Program-made: the position numbers and the translations under genes
Notes under the pieces: model-generated
What the model saw: the letters and a program-made list of their open reading frames with translations, nothing else
Databases searched by the model: none
Told to the model about the DNA's origin: nothing
Assembly (NCBI GenBank): GCA_035221665.1
Contig: CM069152.1
Location: 19,840,001-19,904,000 of the forward strand
Direction: 5' to 3'
DNA length: 64,000 nucleotides
From: Okamejei kenojei
Lineage: Eukaryota
Shown: in pieces, positions 1-11,717 of the stretch
How positions within the stretch are numbered: position 1 is the first letter of the stretch
Layout: each line of letters starts with the position of its first letter

Positions 1-367
1 TTTGCACGGACATGGTGGACGGAATGACCTGTTTCTGTGCTCCAGCTCTAAACTTGAAACTCTAAACTAACGATTGGCCTTGTGCGTACAAATGTCTCTT
101 GCTATTACTCAGGAGCTGATGAGGAGACCAGAGGTGGTGAGGGATGTGAGACATAATTTGGGCACGAACCAGGGCTGGGGCTGGCCAGAGGGAGGATGTG
201 TCCGGGTTTCGGTGGGTTGGGAGGGTCAAGAGCCAGGGATTGGGATCAAATGTGGGAGGCAAATATCTGCGTTTCTGAAAAATCAGCAAGGGTTGGAAGT
301 TGGTGGAACCCAAACACCGACAGCTCTTCACAGGTGGACCTTCTGGAGGACAACCAATTATTTGGAC

Positions 368-1410
368 TGTGGAAAGAAAGAACTGCAGATGCTGGTTTAT
401 AAAAAAGATACTCAGCTGGTCAGGCAGCATCTCTGGAGAAGGTGGACACAAAATGCTGGAGTAACTGAGCGGGTGAGGCAGCATCTATGGAGAGATGGAA
501 TGGGCGACATTTCGGGTCGAGACCCTTCTTTAGACTGATGTCAGGAGAGGGAGCAGGACAAAGATAAAGTGTAGGCGGAGACTGTAAGACTAGTGGGAGA
601 ACTGGGAAGGGGACGAAGAGAGAAAGCAAGGGCTATCTGAAGTTAGAGAAGTCAATGTTCATACTGCTGGGGTGTAAACTACATAAGCAAAGTATGAGGT
701 GCTGTTCCTCCAATTTGCGCTGGGCCTCACTCTGACAATGGAGGAGGCCCAGGATGGAAAGGTTAGATTGGGAATGGGAGGGGGAGTTGAAGTGCTGGGT
801 CACCGGGAGATCAGATAGGTTAAAACGGACTGAGCGGAGGTGTTCAGTGAAACGTTTGCCGAGCCTGCGCTTGGTCTGGCTGATGTAGAGAAGTTGATGC
901 CTGGAACTGCGGATACAGTAGATGAGATTGGAGGAGGTTCAAGTGAACCTCTGCCGCACCTGGAAGACTGTTTAGGTCCTTGGATGGAGTCGAGGGGGGA
1001 GGTAAAGGGACAGGTGTTGCATCTCCTGCAGTTGCAGGGGAAAGTACCTGGGGGAAGAAGTGGTTTGTGTGAGAAGGGATGAGTTGACCAGGGAGTTACG
1101 GAGGGAACGGTCTCTGCAGAAAGCAGAAAGGGGTGGAGATGGGAAGATGTGGCCAGTGTTGGGATGTTGGAAGTGCAAAAATGTTGAAGGATCGTATGCT
1201 GTACATGACGGCTGATGGGGTGGAAGGTGAGGACAAGGGGGACTTGTTATGAATGAGGGGAGGGGGAGTAAGAGCTGAGCTGTGGCATATTGAGGAGACC
1301 CTAGTGAGAGCCTCATCTATAATGGAAGAGGGGAACGTCTGTTCCCTAAAGAATGAGGATATCTCCGATGCCCTGGTATGGAACACCTCATCCTGAGGAC
1401 AGATGCCCAT
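368..1410 (-). mobile_element. Penelope-like element (PLE) 3' fragment: decayed linker/GIY-YIG endonuclease region plus pseudo-LTR
   Basis: Minus-strand translation gives FPSSIIDEALTRVSSI, IFPSPPLSAFCRDRSLRNSLVNSSL and a Cys linker, homologous to the GIY-YIG copy at 63310-64000. It has frameshifts. The terminal repeat with a hammerhead-like motif (core mutated to CTAAAGA) lies at 503-540. Confidence 0.85.
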
Positions 1411-2616
1411 GGATAGGTGACATTTTGGGTCGGGACTCCTTGGCAACAAGGACCCCAGGTCATTGTTGGAATGTTGAACACAGAATAGTCTGCTGGAGGA
1501 ACTCAGTGAGTCAGGTCCCATCAATTGAGGAAAATGAACAGATGACATTATGGGTCAGTTTGTTTTGTGCTCAGTCTCAATGTTATTGCCCTTTCTGCGC
1601 GATTTAAGAAGTTGCACTGTGGGCATGTTAAGTAATCACACGAGGGTTTCTCTGACAAAATACGATCACAAAGCTTGCAGAAGCAATGGAATGCCTGTGC
1701 TTTGGTGCATGGGGCAGAAACTGGCCTGGTTTGGATAAGCTGCGGGAAATATCAGGACCATCTGGGCAACTTGCTGCATTTCCGTATGTGAAAGTGTATC
1801 CTTTCCTTTTCTAAGCCTTGTGTTGAAAATCATTAATTAATGTTAAGAGCAAAAATCTCATGGGAGAAAATAAGTTGATTCGATTCAATGACAGATCGAT
1901 CCTTTTTCAATAAATATCCTTCTGCATCAATCTGGGTTGCACTTTTAAATAAATGATCAACTATAGACAATGTGACTTTGTGGTGAATGGCTTTCACTAA
2001 ACTCAGAAAACCTATTTGCAAATCCATTGCAACGCTGCCTGTCTCTGGGTAATTTCTACTCTGTGCATTTGGTTTCCCAACATCTCCCTGAATTGCTTTG
2101 CTACATCTTGCCTGTAAATGGATATTTGTCAGTCGCTACTGGATGCTGGGTGTATGGCGATAATGAAAACTGAATTGAAGATTTTTGCTTGAAACTCGCC
2201 CCTTTTTGTACCACAAGGAAAGGACTTTTCTGTTATATAATGGCCAAGATGATTCAAGTCACTCCATAGTCAATGAAATTCTTTGAATCTGTCGTTGTTA
2301 CTGGATATAGGAAATGCGGCTGCCGGTCGAACGGTTTTATGACAATCTGATACTTTCACGGTCATTCTTAATGTGTCCGTTTTTTACTTCCAGCCTTTAA
2401 ATAAAATTTGAGTTCAGATTCTCAAGGTTGGATTTGAATTTTCTGGATCATTACTCTGGTAATTAAGTGACTACGTTCTGCACTCATGGTCTGCACAAAA
2501 GCAGTTTCAGCTGGTAAAGTAGTTGAAATCACAGAATCCTGCAGCATAGGAGAAGACTTTTCAGCCCACTCAGCTTGTGCCAGCTCCTTGAAACATCTAT
2601 CCAATTCTTTTCACTA

Positions 2617-3163
2617 AGTAAGTAAGTAAGTTTATTGGCCAAGTATTCACATACAAGGAATTTGCCTTGATGCTCCATCCACAAGTAACAGCATGACATA
2701 CAGTGACAGTTACAAATGACTCGGAAAACACTAAACATTAATAATAATAAAACATTCATGATAAAACACCATTGCTCAAGTATGTGAACCAACAAAATAC
2801 CAGATCAAAGGGAGGCTACAGATTTTTGACTGTTGAGTAGAGCAACTACTCGTGGAGAAAAACAGTTTTTATATCTGGCTGTGGCAGCTTTGACAGTCCG
2901 GAGTCGCCTTCCAGAGGGAAGTGATTCAAAGAGTTTGTGGCCAGGGTGAGAGGGGTCAGAGATGATCTTGCCCGCTCGCATCCTGGCCCTTGCAGTTTAC
3001 AGTTCATCAATGGAGGGAAGGTTGCAGCTAATAACCTTCTCAGCTGATCGGACGATTTGCTGCAGCCTCCGGGTGTTGTGCTTGGTGGCTGAGCCAAACC
3101 AGACCATGATGGAGAAGGTGAGAACAGACTCTACGATGGCCGTGTAGAATTGGACCATCATTG
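2617..3163 (-). mobile_element. Rex1/Babar-like non-LTR retrotransposon, 5'-truncated 3' end
   Basis: Minus strand reads FYTAIVESVLTFSIMVWFGSATK...KIISDPSHPGHKLFESLPSGRRLR, a typical Rex1-type C-terminus, and ends in an (ACTT)n tail at 2617-2631. Confidence 0.8.
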
Positions 3164-3704
3164 CTCTCCTCCACCATCTTTGTCATCTTTACCTTTGCAA
3201 GAACTTTACCTTTGCAAGCTACTATTTATTGTGTTTCCAAAGGAGTGCTCTCAATCACTATGGCAATGAGGGCCTTCTCCTTAGCCAGTGCCATATTCCA
3301 CACCACTGTGCTTGCACTCTCTCAATTTTAAGCCATTCCTTTGAGCCAGTTTGTTCTTAATTCCTCCACCCTCCCATCAGCCTGAGCGATCCTTCAGTCA
3401 AATATTTTCTAACTGGTGCCACAGGTTTGCAAAAGAAATAGGTGGAGCAAAAAAACTGCTTGAAAACTGTTGCAGTCGTAATGAGATAACATCACTGTCA
3501 TAGATACTGCAGTGCCAATTAATCTGCTGCAGAGGATATGCTCTATTCATTCTCAATTGGCTGCAATTGATTATATGTTTACCCATGGTTGTTAAAAAGA
3601 TTAACTAATCATTTTACAACAACAACTTCAATTTTCAAGTAGAAAAATGCGCAAAGCATTTCACAGGAGAAACTAAGGCATCTATGACATGGCCAACCAG
3701 TCGA

Positions 3705-3876
3705 GGAAATGTAGACAAAAATGCTGGAGAAACTCAGCAGGTGATAGGCAATGTTTCGGGTCGAAACCCTTCTTCAGAAGGATTTCCTTCACTCCATAGA
3801 TGCTGCCTCACCTGCTGAGTTTCTCCAGCATTTTTGTCTGCCTTCGATTTTCCAGCATCTGCAGTTCCTTCTTAAA
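3705..3876. mobile_element. Short fold-back PLE-derived insertion with hammerhead-like core
   Basis: Inverted arms (AGACAAAAATGCTGGAGAAACTCAGCAGGTGA and its complement). Minus-strand CTGAAGA-AGGGTTTCGACCC-GAAA at 3750-3777. Flanking 7-bp repeat CAGTCGA at 3698-3704 and 3877-3883. Confidence 0.75.
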
Positions 3877-4885
3877 CAGTCGATTAAATGTGGCTGGTTT
3901 CAAGTTTGATTGGGATTTTCTCTCCGCTCACCATTCCCACATTTGGGGAGTCGCAAGCAATAGGTTGCCAGTGCCCACGTCTGACAGCATGAGTGGATAT
4001 AAGCAAGGCAGCCTCTCTGGCACATGCCACACCTCTCTCTGGAGATCTTTGCGGCAAAGTACCTATTAAAACACCAGCCACGTACAGAATTTGTAGCTGC
4101 AGCAAATAAAACCAGCCAGTAACTAAGTTGCAGTGAATTGATCCGTTTAAGTAATGCTGGGCAGGATTCTTTCGTGCTGCTTATCAAATTCTCAGCTGTA
4201 ACAGGTAGAGAAGATGTGTACTAGGGTGTTGAGCTAACGCTAGTATTGTTAACTCATAGCATTTGCACAGACCTGCTCTGCATGCTTCCAACAGGCATTA
4301 TTTCATGCTCTCTCATGTTTTAACCAGGTGTGTTTTAAGGGGAATCAGAACAAGTGTGGGACTACCCATCCAAGGATATTTTGTCCCTCATATTTCACCC
4401 ATAGTATCCAAATGATGAACAGCATTGTTCCCAGTGAATCGTCACCTTAACATCAGACCAGTATTAATCCAGAATTCAGTTGCCAAGCAGCAGATGTAGG
4501 CCACAGTCACTACTACATCTATTCATTGATCACTGATTATCTCAAAAGCCTTCATTTCCCTATGAAACTATTATGAAACCACCTAATGGAACCTCCCCAA
4601 CCTCAAATCAGATTTCCCACTGATGAGATCAGCTCTGTTGCTTTATGACCCTCCCAATAGTTAGTAACTGACTTTGTCAGGCTTTGTCACCAGATGCGAA
4701 AAATGGAATGAGAGAGAGAAAAGCCAAATGTTGGGACTAATCGCAAGTTGGCTCCTTCCCCAGGTTGGTCCCATGTTACAGGAACTTCTTCTTTACGTTC
4801 TTGAGCGGTCCCCTTGACACTTTCAGTTCATCCTGCCTTCTAATTGACTGGTCCATACTTTCAGGAGTGACTGCTTTTGAATGTC

Positions 4886-5020
4886 TGTGTAGGAAGGAAC
4901 TGCAGATGCTGGTTTAAACCGAAGATAGACACAAAATGCTGGAGTAACTCAGCGGGGCAGGCAGCATCTCAGGAGGGAAAGAATGGGCGACTTTTTGGGT
5001 GGAGACCCTATTTCAGCCCC
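4886..5020 (-). mobile_element. PLE pseudo-LTR terminal fragment
   Basis: GTAGGAAGGAACTGCAGATGCTGGTTTAAACCGAAGATAGACACAAAATGCTGGAGTAACTCAGC matches the terminal repeat of the PLE at 368-1410. Confidence 0.75.
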
Positions 5021-5254
5021 TTTAAATATCTGCTTGTCTACCTGGCAGAGACTCTCGGGGTAATTGATTCTGTCGTGGTCATGATGGATTAAATAAAATG
5101 AAGGAGGAGCAAAGAGGGAGGAGGAGACAGTGGAGGAAGGAGACAATGCTTTGTCAGTGTCTCAGAACAAGCAGATGGCAATCAAGTGTCAAGAGACACT
5201 CCAGTGCAATACGGGGAGAGAGTTGCATTGTCATAGATGCTGTCTTTCAGAGAG

Positions 5255-5538
5255 TCACAGAGAGGTAAAACATGAAAATAGGCCCTTCAGCCCACCAATT
5301 CTGTGCTGACCAACAACTACCCAATTTTTCACTCATCCTTCCCAGATACTACCATTTACCTGCACATTATGGGGCAATTTACAAAGCCCAGTTAATTTAC
5401 CAAACCCGCACATCTTTGGGTTGTGGGCGGGCATAAAGAGAATGTGCAAACACCACAGAGATAGCATCTGAAGTCAGGATCGAACCTGTGTTACTGGAGC
5501 TGTGAGGCAGTGCCTCTACCTACCTTCCCCACGGTGCC
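5255..5538 (-). mobile_element. HE1-like tRNA-derived SINE
   Basis: Reverse-complement B-box (GGATCGAACC at about 5477) and LINE-derived tail (AATAGGCCCTTCAGCCC); matches other SINE copies in the window. Confidence 0.75.
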
Positions 5539-5656
5539 TCACCATTTCAGACAATGAGCTCACCCAAGGCTCCACTTTTAATCCAGGTGAGCGGAAAAGA
5601 TCCATGGCGATACTTCAGTTACCAAGATTAATATTCATCTCTTGATCAGCATAATA

Positions 5657-7365
5657 AGGGCGGCACAGTGGTGCAGCAGTGGAGTTGCTGCCTTACAGCA
5701 CAGTGTCCCCGGGTTGGACCCTGACTACGGGTGCTGCCTATATAGAGTTTGCATGTTCTGCCTGTGACTGCGTGGGTTTTCTCCCACATTCCTCTGCTCC
5801 GGTTTTCTCCCACATTCCAAACACTTGCAGGTTTGTAGGTTACTTGGCTCCTGTAAATTGTCCCAAACGTGTGTGAGGAAATATTATACAATAGAATTGC
5901 TCAAATGATAACTTCTGTGTGAGGAACTTATATTAAGTTGCAAGAGAAGGACTTGGAGCTGAGGTTTTCAGAAATACATGGCCTAAAGAACACACACACA
6001 TAGGGGGACAGATGGCTTATCATAACATGGAGATGTTGATGTGAATAGACATAGCTTTGTTTGCTTTGAAGTGGTTATAACTCTGTCAGAAGTTGTATTT
6101 GGTTTAGTTTAGTGTTTAGAGTATAGGTTATTGATGGGTTTCTTCTCAGGACATGAGCATCACATGTTCTTTCTTTATGGCACATCTTTGAGCTCGGGTG
6201 TGCTATAAAGGGGATTTATGGTTGTCTATATTGGGTCTGGGGCACCAAGTCTAGATAATAGTCTGTGATCTGGTTTGTGCTGTTTAAATGTATTTATGTT
6301 GCGATAAGAGATAAGGCATAGGTGATGGTTGTGTGGCCTTTGTATAAGGGTGGTTTCTTGTGTTTATAGAAAACTGAGAAAGTAAGTCTGTTTTGATAAT
6401 CTTCCATTTGCTGTGTGGAATGCTATTAGTGAGGAGGCCTTACATTCCTTTCGTCCAGAGATAGAAGGGGGAGGTTGTAATTCAAAATGAAATTAGACCC
6501 GAGCTTGGGAAGAAGCGATTATAATTAATCAAGTGTGACAATTAGTGGCCTTTGTGTAGTTGGGGATTGTAGAAATAACTTAAGTCCTTACCACTTTGTA
6601 AGAATGGGGCCAAACTCATATTTAATCCATAAGTAACTGTATATTAACTATGAAGTAGGGAAATTATTTGTGAAGTGTATGTGTTTTAATTATGATTGTA
6701 AGTATTAGACTTTGTTTAAATCTGAAGTTTTAGAAATAACTTTCTTTTCCAAAAGTAAAAATATATGTTTTGTGTGTATGTATTGTGTGATTGCTGTATG
6801 ATGTGTATTTTATATTCTGAGAGGTGGTATCTGAGAATTAGTTTTATATTTCTGTGGTTTTACTTCATTGAAATAAAATGATTTTGAGCAAAGAGGTTAA
6901 AGAAAACCACAGAGGGAAAAAAGGTTGTAAAGAGGCCAGAAAAGGGATAATCATGTGACTGTACGTGTTGTCAATCACTGTGAAGGATTTAGTTGATTGG
7001 TTAATGCAAATAAGCTAAATGTATGGTAAACCATAATGATTGGTTAATAGTTTGCCACTCCTTTTGTACCATAATTGTCTAATACCTATATTATGTTTTA
7101 CGTTTGTATCAAAACAGTAGTTCTTTTGTCCTGCTCCAGAGTTTCTAGCTCTGTGTTGGAAGATTTAAAGAATTATCCAGCGCTGTTGGAATAAATAATC
7201 GATTTCAACAGCAAGAGTTTGAATCAAGTTTTCTTAAATTGGACTGACAAAAGAACTCAGTTTAACATGTGCAGGGTAGAACTTGTGTACAGGTGACTGC
7301 TGGTCAGCGCGGACAGTGGCCTGAAAGGCCGGTTTTCATCCTGCTGTATCCCAAAACTAAACAAA
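5657..7365 (+). mobile_element. HE1-like SINE (5657-5873 and 7268-7365) interrupted by a solo LTR
   Basis: tRNA-like head GGGCGGCACAGTGGTGCAGC...GGTTGGACCC. The body stops at AAATTGTCCCAAACGTGTG and resumes at TGTGCAGGGTAGAAC...GAAAGGCCGGTTTTC...CTGTATC. Confidence 0.8.
5874..7267 (+). mobile_element. Solo LTR (1394 bp) of an endogenous retrovirus or LTR element
   Basis: Begins TG and ends TTTAACA, flanked by a 4-bp duplication TGTG (5870-5873, 7268-7271). Removing it restores the SINE. Contains reverse CCAAT boxes (6995, 7038), octamer ATGCAAAT (7004-7011) and AATAAA (7190-7195) near the 3' end. Confidence 0.7.
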
Positions 7366-8269
7366 AAAATAAATAAATGCACAGAATATCTGATCAGCGT
7401 TATATTGTTCCTTGTGGGATCTTGCTGTGTGCAGATTGCCTGCTCCAACTACTCCATTATTCCGCAGTTCATAACTACTTCAATGGTTATAAATTGTTTT
7501 TGCAGCCTCCTTAAATGGAGGTGAAAGACACCACATAAATGTAAGTCTTTCGTGCAGTTTAAACTTTGTCTAACAGGGTGAAGCATCTCACTGTGGAGCA
7601 GCTTGCATGGGGCTGAGAGGAAATGGCAACATCTCAGTACTTCTGAAAGGCACGCGGCCATTCCCAATCTTGAGAAGCTTGGCTGGCATCACCACGAACT
7701 ACACATTGTCAAGCTTATCCCCGTGCTAACACCTTATGATCTGATAGAATTCCCAGTTCCAATATTCTGGCACAATGCTTTTAGTTCCCAATCATAGCTA
7801 TTATGAAAAAGCTGTTCCAATTTGATTTGCTTCAGTCTGCTGGCTTATAGATAAACCTGTCTGTAGTTCCGCTTGGACGGAACGTGCAACTAATTGACAA
7901 CAAATATCCATGTTTTTATTTTATCAGCTGCTGCACTAGATTTTATGGTTGAATTTTACCTGTCATCCTGAAATAAGTAAAAAATACATTTACTGCAAAT
8001 CTAATCCTTTACGAATAAATAGGTTTCATTTTTTAATATCCTGCATGGTGCAGGAAGTTAATATTCATATCAGAAAAGTGATGGAATGGCAGTAGACTAT
8101 TTCTTTTGAGAAATGGGCTGAAAGCAGAGGAAAAGGAGAGACAGTCCTGAGGGGGAGAATTGTAAGGGCAATCAATGTTGGTTTCCGAGCGTCTATTTCA
8201 GAAGCACTGGGCAGTGCTGCCTGGTAAGCATTTTTTATTTGCCTAATGCCCCCATTCTCTGCCATTTTT

Positions 8270-8790
8270 GATCTATTGTGCGCCGTTCTGGTCACCCTAT
8301 TACAGAAAGGATGCGGAGACTTTGGAGCGAGTGCAGAATTTTCACCAGAATGTTGCCTGGATTAGAGGGTGTCAGCTACAAGGAGAGGCTGGACAAACTT
8401 AGATTATTTTCAGTGCAGCCTCAGAGGCAGAGGAGAGATCTGGCAGAAGTGTATCGAATTATGAGAGGCATACGGGTCAGGTAGCCAGTCAGAACTCTTT
8501 TGCTAGAGTGATAATCTCAAATTTCAGAAGACATGGCTTTAAGGGCTGAGGGGGGATGAATAAAGAGCACGGTTTTTACACAGAATGTTGGATGCCTGGA
8601 GTGCACTGCCAGGGGCGGTGGTGGAAGCAGATATGATAGTAGCATTTAAGATGCTTTTAGATAGGTACATGAATATGCAGCAAATGGAGGGCTCAATCAC
8701 ATGCTGGCAGAAGGGACTACTTTAATATGGCATCATTTTTGATATAGACATCATGGGTCCGTTGGCCTGTTCCTGTGTTGTACTATTCTA
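8270..8790 (+). mobile_element. CR1/HER1 LINE 3' fragment
   Basis: FWSPYYRKD...FTRMLPGLEGVSYKERLDKLRLFS...RRDLAEVYRIMRG is a CR1 ORF2 C-terminus, followed by the GGCCTGTTCCTGTGTTGTAC tail. Confidence 0.85.
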
Positions 8791-9239
8791 TACAGTATAT
8801 GTTATCTCCCTCCGAATGGCATTACTTTGAATTTTTAATTATTCAACGACATCCATGACGTCTCCCTATCGCGATCTGTAACCTCCACTAGCCCTTAACC
8901 TATACGAGATATTTGCACTTGTTCAATATTTGCCTCTTGCACACTTTAGACTTTAATTGTTCCAACACAAATGGTCATGATTTCAGCTGCATAATCTATG
9001 GAAAGGAAAGGCTTAGAGAGGTATGCACAAACGCACGCAAATGAGATTAGTGCAGATAGGTATCTTGGTCAGCACGGACGAGTTGGTCCGTAGGGTTTGT
9101 TTCTGTGCTGTATAACTCTGAAACTATATTCTAACGTTCCAACCCCTCCCCCACCCCAACTCTCCTCCATATTAATATTCTTCAAAGTCCCCCCATCTGA
9201 CCTTAATATCTCTTATGGTTTAGTATCAAATTTTGTTTT

Positions 9240-9705
9240 ATAGCAGAGAAACAAGCCCCTGCAGTTCTGGTTTACTAGAAAGAGACACAAAGTACAAGAG
9301 TAACTCATTGGTTAGGCAGCAACTGTGGAGAATATGAAAAGGTGACATTTTGAGTTGGGACCCGTCGTCAGACTGATTGTGGTGAGAAAGCTGGAAGAGA
9401 GGAGGGGCAGTACAAAGCCTGGTGAGTGATAGGTGGATATAGGGGGTTCTTTCAGTTAGATAGTTCGACCGAAGGCCAGAGATGAAAAGGCCATCAGATG
9501 TGAGATGAGGAAAGACAAAGTGCAAATTGTGAAGCCACAGGAAGGAATATAGATGGAAGGGGAGGGGGAGGGAAGAAATGACTGCTCATCCTGGTGGGAC
9601 ACAGGGAAGAGAGGGGGAAAGTGGGGAAATGATGGGGCGAAGGGATTTTGTAGATAGTTACCTGAAATTGGAGGAATCAATATTCACACCGTTAGGTGGT
9701 GTAAG
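9240..9705 (-). mobile_element. Older PLE 3' UTR/pseudo-LTR fragment
   Basis: Degenerate GGTGACATTTTGAGTTGGGACCCGTCGTCAGACTG motif, purine-rich body, and the end of the endonuclease ORF; similar to 368-700. Confidence 0.65.
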
Positions 9706-10734
9706 TTTTGAAGCACCTCAGTAAAAAGTCTTTGCATGTTTCACCATGTTAAATCTCCCTATGGAAGGGCACATTGTTTGTGGAATCGAACCCGATGGTG
9801 AAGTAGGCAGGAAATGTCTGCTGCTGCTGCTCTCTGTTCACTGTAAAACTATATTTAGGGAATGTACATTGACTACAGATTAGAAGTGCACAGGTTAATG
9901 TACATTTGGTCGAACTGAGGGTGGACTGGGCGAAGATATTGATTTGGTCTTTTGGAACAATTAAGTCATGTAAGTAAATGAAGGTGAGAGCTTCTGACTG
10001 ATAGTATTAGATAGGCATGACGGCTTGGGGTCACAGTGAATCGAAGGCACCATGTTGACCAATCCTAATTTTTTAGTGCTGCTTATTTCAACGCTACCTT
10101 TAAAACTCCATGTTTCATTGAGAAAAGTCATGATAATTATGTGGCTCATTCAATATTACTTTGGAACATTTCCAGGGCTCTTCCTGGGGTGATTTCTATG
10201 TCAGATACATGTCAGGTCATCGAGTCAGAGTCACACAGCACAGAAACAGGTCCTTTGGTCCAACTAGTCCATGTCGGCCAAATACCTATCAAAGCTAGTC
10301 CAATTTGCTCATTAGTTTAGTTTAGTTTAGAGATACCGAACAGATACAGGCTCCCACCGAGCCTGTGCCGACCAGCGATCCCTGCACATTATCCTACACA
10401 CTAGGGACAATTTACAATTCTTACCAAAGCCAATTTTACTTGAGTCACGTGAGTGATTCCGTGAAGAAGGCCCGCCAGGACGCCTGCGCAACATTACGTC
10501 AGCCGCATTGGCGCAAGCACCAGTCAGGCAGGACTGAGCTCCTGCCTGTGGTAAGTTAAACATTAAAGGTAAGTTTATTTTTACTTACCAGGGGTTTTAG
10601 GCAGGAGCCTCTTTTTACAGAGGTTTACTGCCAGTTCTGCAGCCCGACAACTTGCCGGTTATGGACTGTGGTGAAATTTCAGTCCGACCGCAAATGCGGA
10701 AAAACCGGCAAGATTGATTGGGTTGCGAGATAAG

Positions 10735-10975
10735 GAGCCGCTAACAGTGCAGTTAGCGGCTCCCCAGCTGCAGGAATGCCGTAAAAACGGCAAGAAATAA
10801 AGCGGAGTCGCTGACAGAGGGATCAGCGGCTCCCCAGCCTGCAGGGATGCCGTGGGAACGGCAAGGAATATTAAACTGAGTCGCTGACAGGGGGGTCAGC
10901 GGCTCCAAGCCTGTGGGATGCCGTTGAACGGCAAAGAAGCAACGCTGGAGCCACTGACAGTGGGGTCAGTGGCTC
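10735..10975 (+). repeat. About 70-bp tandem repeat, 3.4 copies, each full unit with two hairpins
   Basis: Units start at 10735, 10805, 10878 and 10948: GAGYCRCTRAC-N6-GTYAGYGGCTC, then TGCCGT-N3-5-ACGGCA. Confidence 0.9.
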
Positions 10976-11239
10976 ACAGACGTTGGTCCCCAGTCAAAAA
11001 ATTACTGGGACTAATTCAGCCCTCAGGTGAGTTGGGATATAAGGATTCTCCTTATAATTAAAAGTATATTTTATTGTGTTTTTCTTTGAGTAAAAAACTA
11101 AAGGAAAGTAACAAGTTATTGTTTTTTGATATTGTTCTGACAATGTTATTATTGTTTAAGCACAGGTTGCTATGATTTATATTTTCACAGGTAAAGCTGT
11201 ACACTAAATGTTGATTTAGTGAGCTTACACAGCAATAGT

Positions 11240-11717
11240 GTGGGCGTATGGGACAGGCCACGCCAGCAGCGCCTGACAGGGCTGCTTCATGTGTAAAATG
11301 TGCGGGCCTATGGGACAGGCCACGCCAGCAGCGCCGGACAGGGCTGCTTCATGTGTAAAATGTGCGGGCCTATGGGACAGGCCACGCCAGCAGCGCCTGA
11401 CAGGGCTGCTTCATGTGTAAAATGTGCGGGCCTATGGGACAGGCCGCGCCAGCAGCGCCGGACAGGGCTGCTTCATATATGAAAGTGCCGGCCTACGGGA
11501 GAACCGTGCCAGCAGTGCCTGATTCAGGGCTGCTTCATTTGTGACATTACCGGCCTATGGGAGAGCCGTATCAGCAGCGCCTGACAGGGCTGCTTCATGT
11601 GTGAAGTGCCGGCCTACGGGAGAGCCATGCCAACAGCGCCTGATGCAGGGCTGTTCATGACAAAAGCGCCGGCCTTTATGAAAGGTGCCGCCAGCAACGC
11701 CTGGCAGAGGGTTGCTC
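11240..11717 (+). repeat. About 62-bp tandem repeat, about 8 copies, diverging toward the 3' end
   Basis: Unit GTGCGGGCCTATGGGACAGGCCACGCCAGCAGCGCCTGACAGGGCTGCTTCATGTGTAAAAT; anchors at 11247, 11309, 11371, 11433, 11494, 11556 and 11615. Confidence 0.92.

Larger units (their letters stand above)
5150..7550 (+). mobile_element. Old Deu-domain SINE (SacSINE1/AmnSINE-like), split into three pieces (about 5150-5235, 5545-5655, 7380-7550) by younger insertions
   Basis: Collinear motifs resembling the Deu-SINE consensus: GACACTCCAGTGCAATACGGGGAGAG...TGCATTGTC...GTCTTTCAG; CAGGTGAGCGGAAAAGATCCATGGC; TTGTGGGATCTTGCTGTGTGCAGATT...ATAAATGTAAGTCTTT. Confidence 0.6.

Noticed and set aside
5657-5735. tRNA-like sequence with A and B boxes
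   Set aside because: It is a SINE head that continues into the SINE body; no proper cloverleaf.
10735-11717. CRISPR-like appearance of the palindromic tandem arrays
   Set aside because: Inter-hairpin segments are homologous between units rather than unique spacers, there are no cas genes, and the context is a eukaryotic DIRS element.
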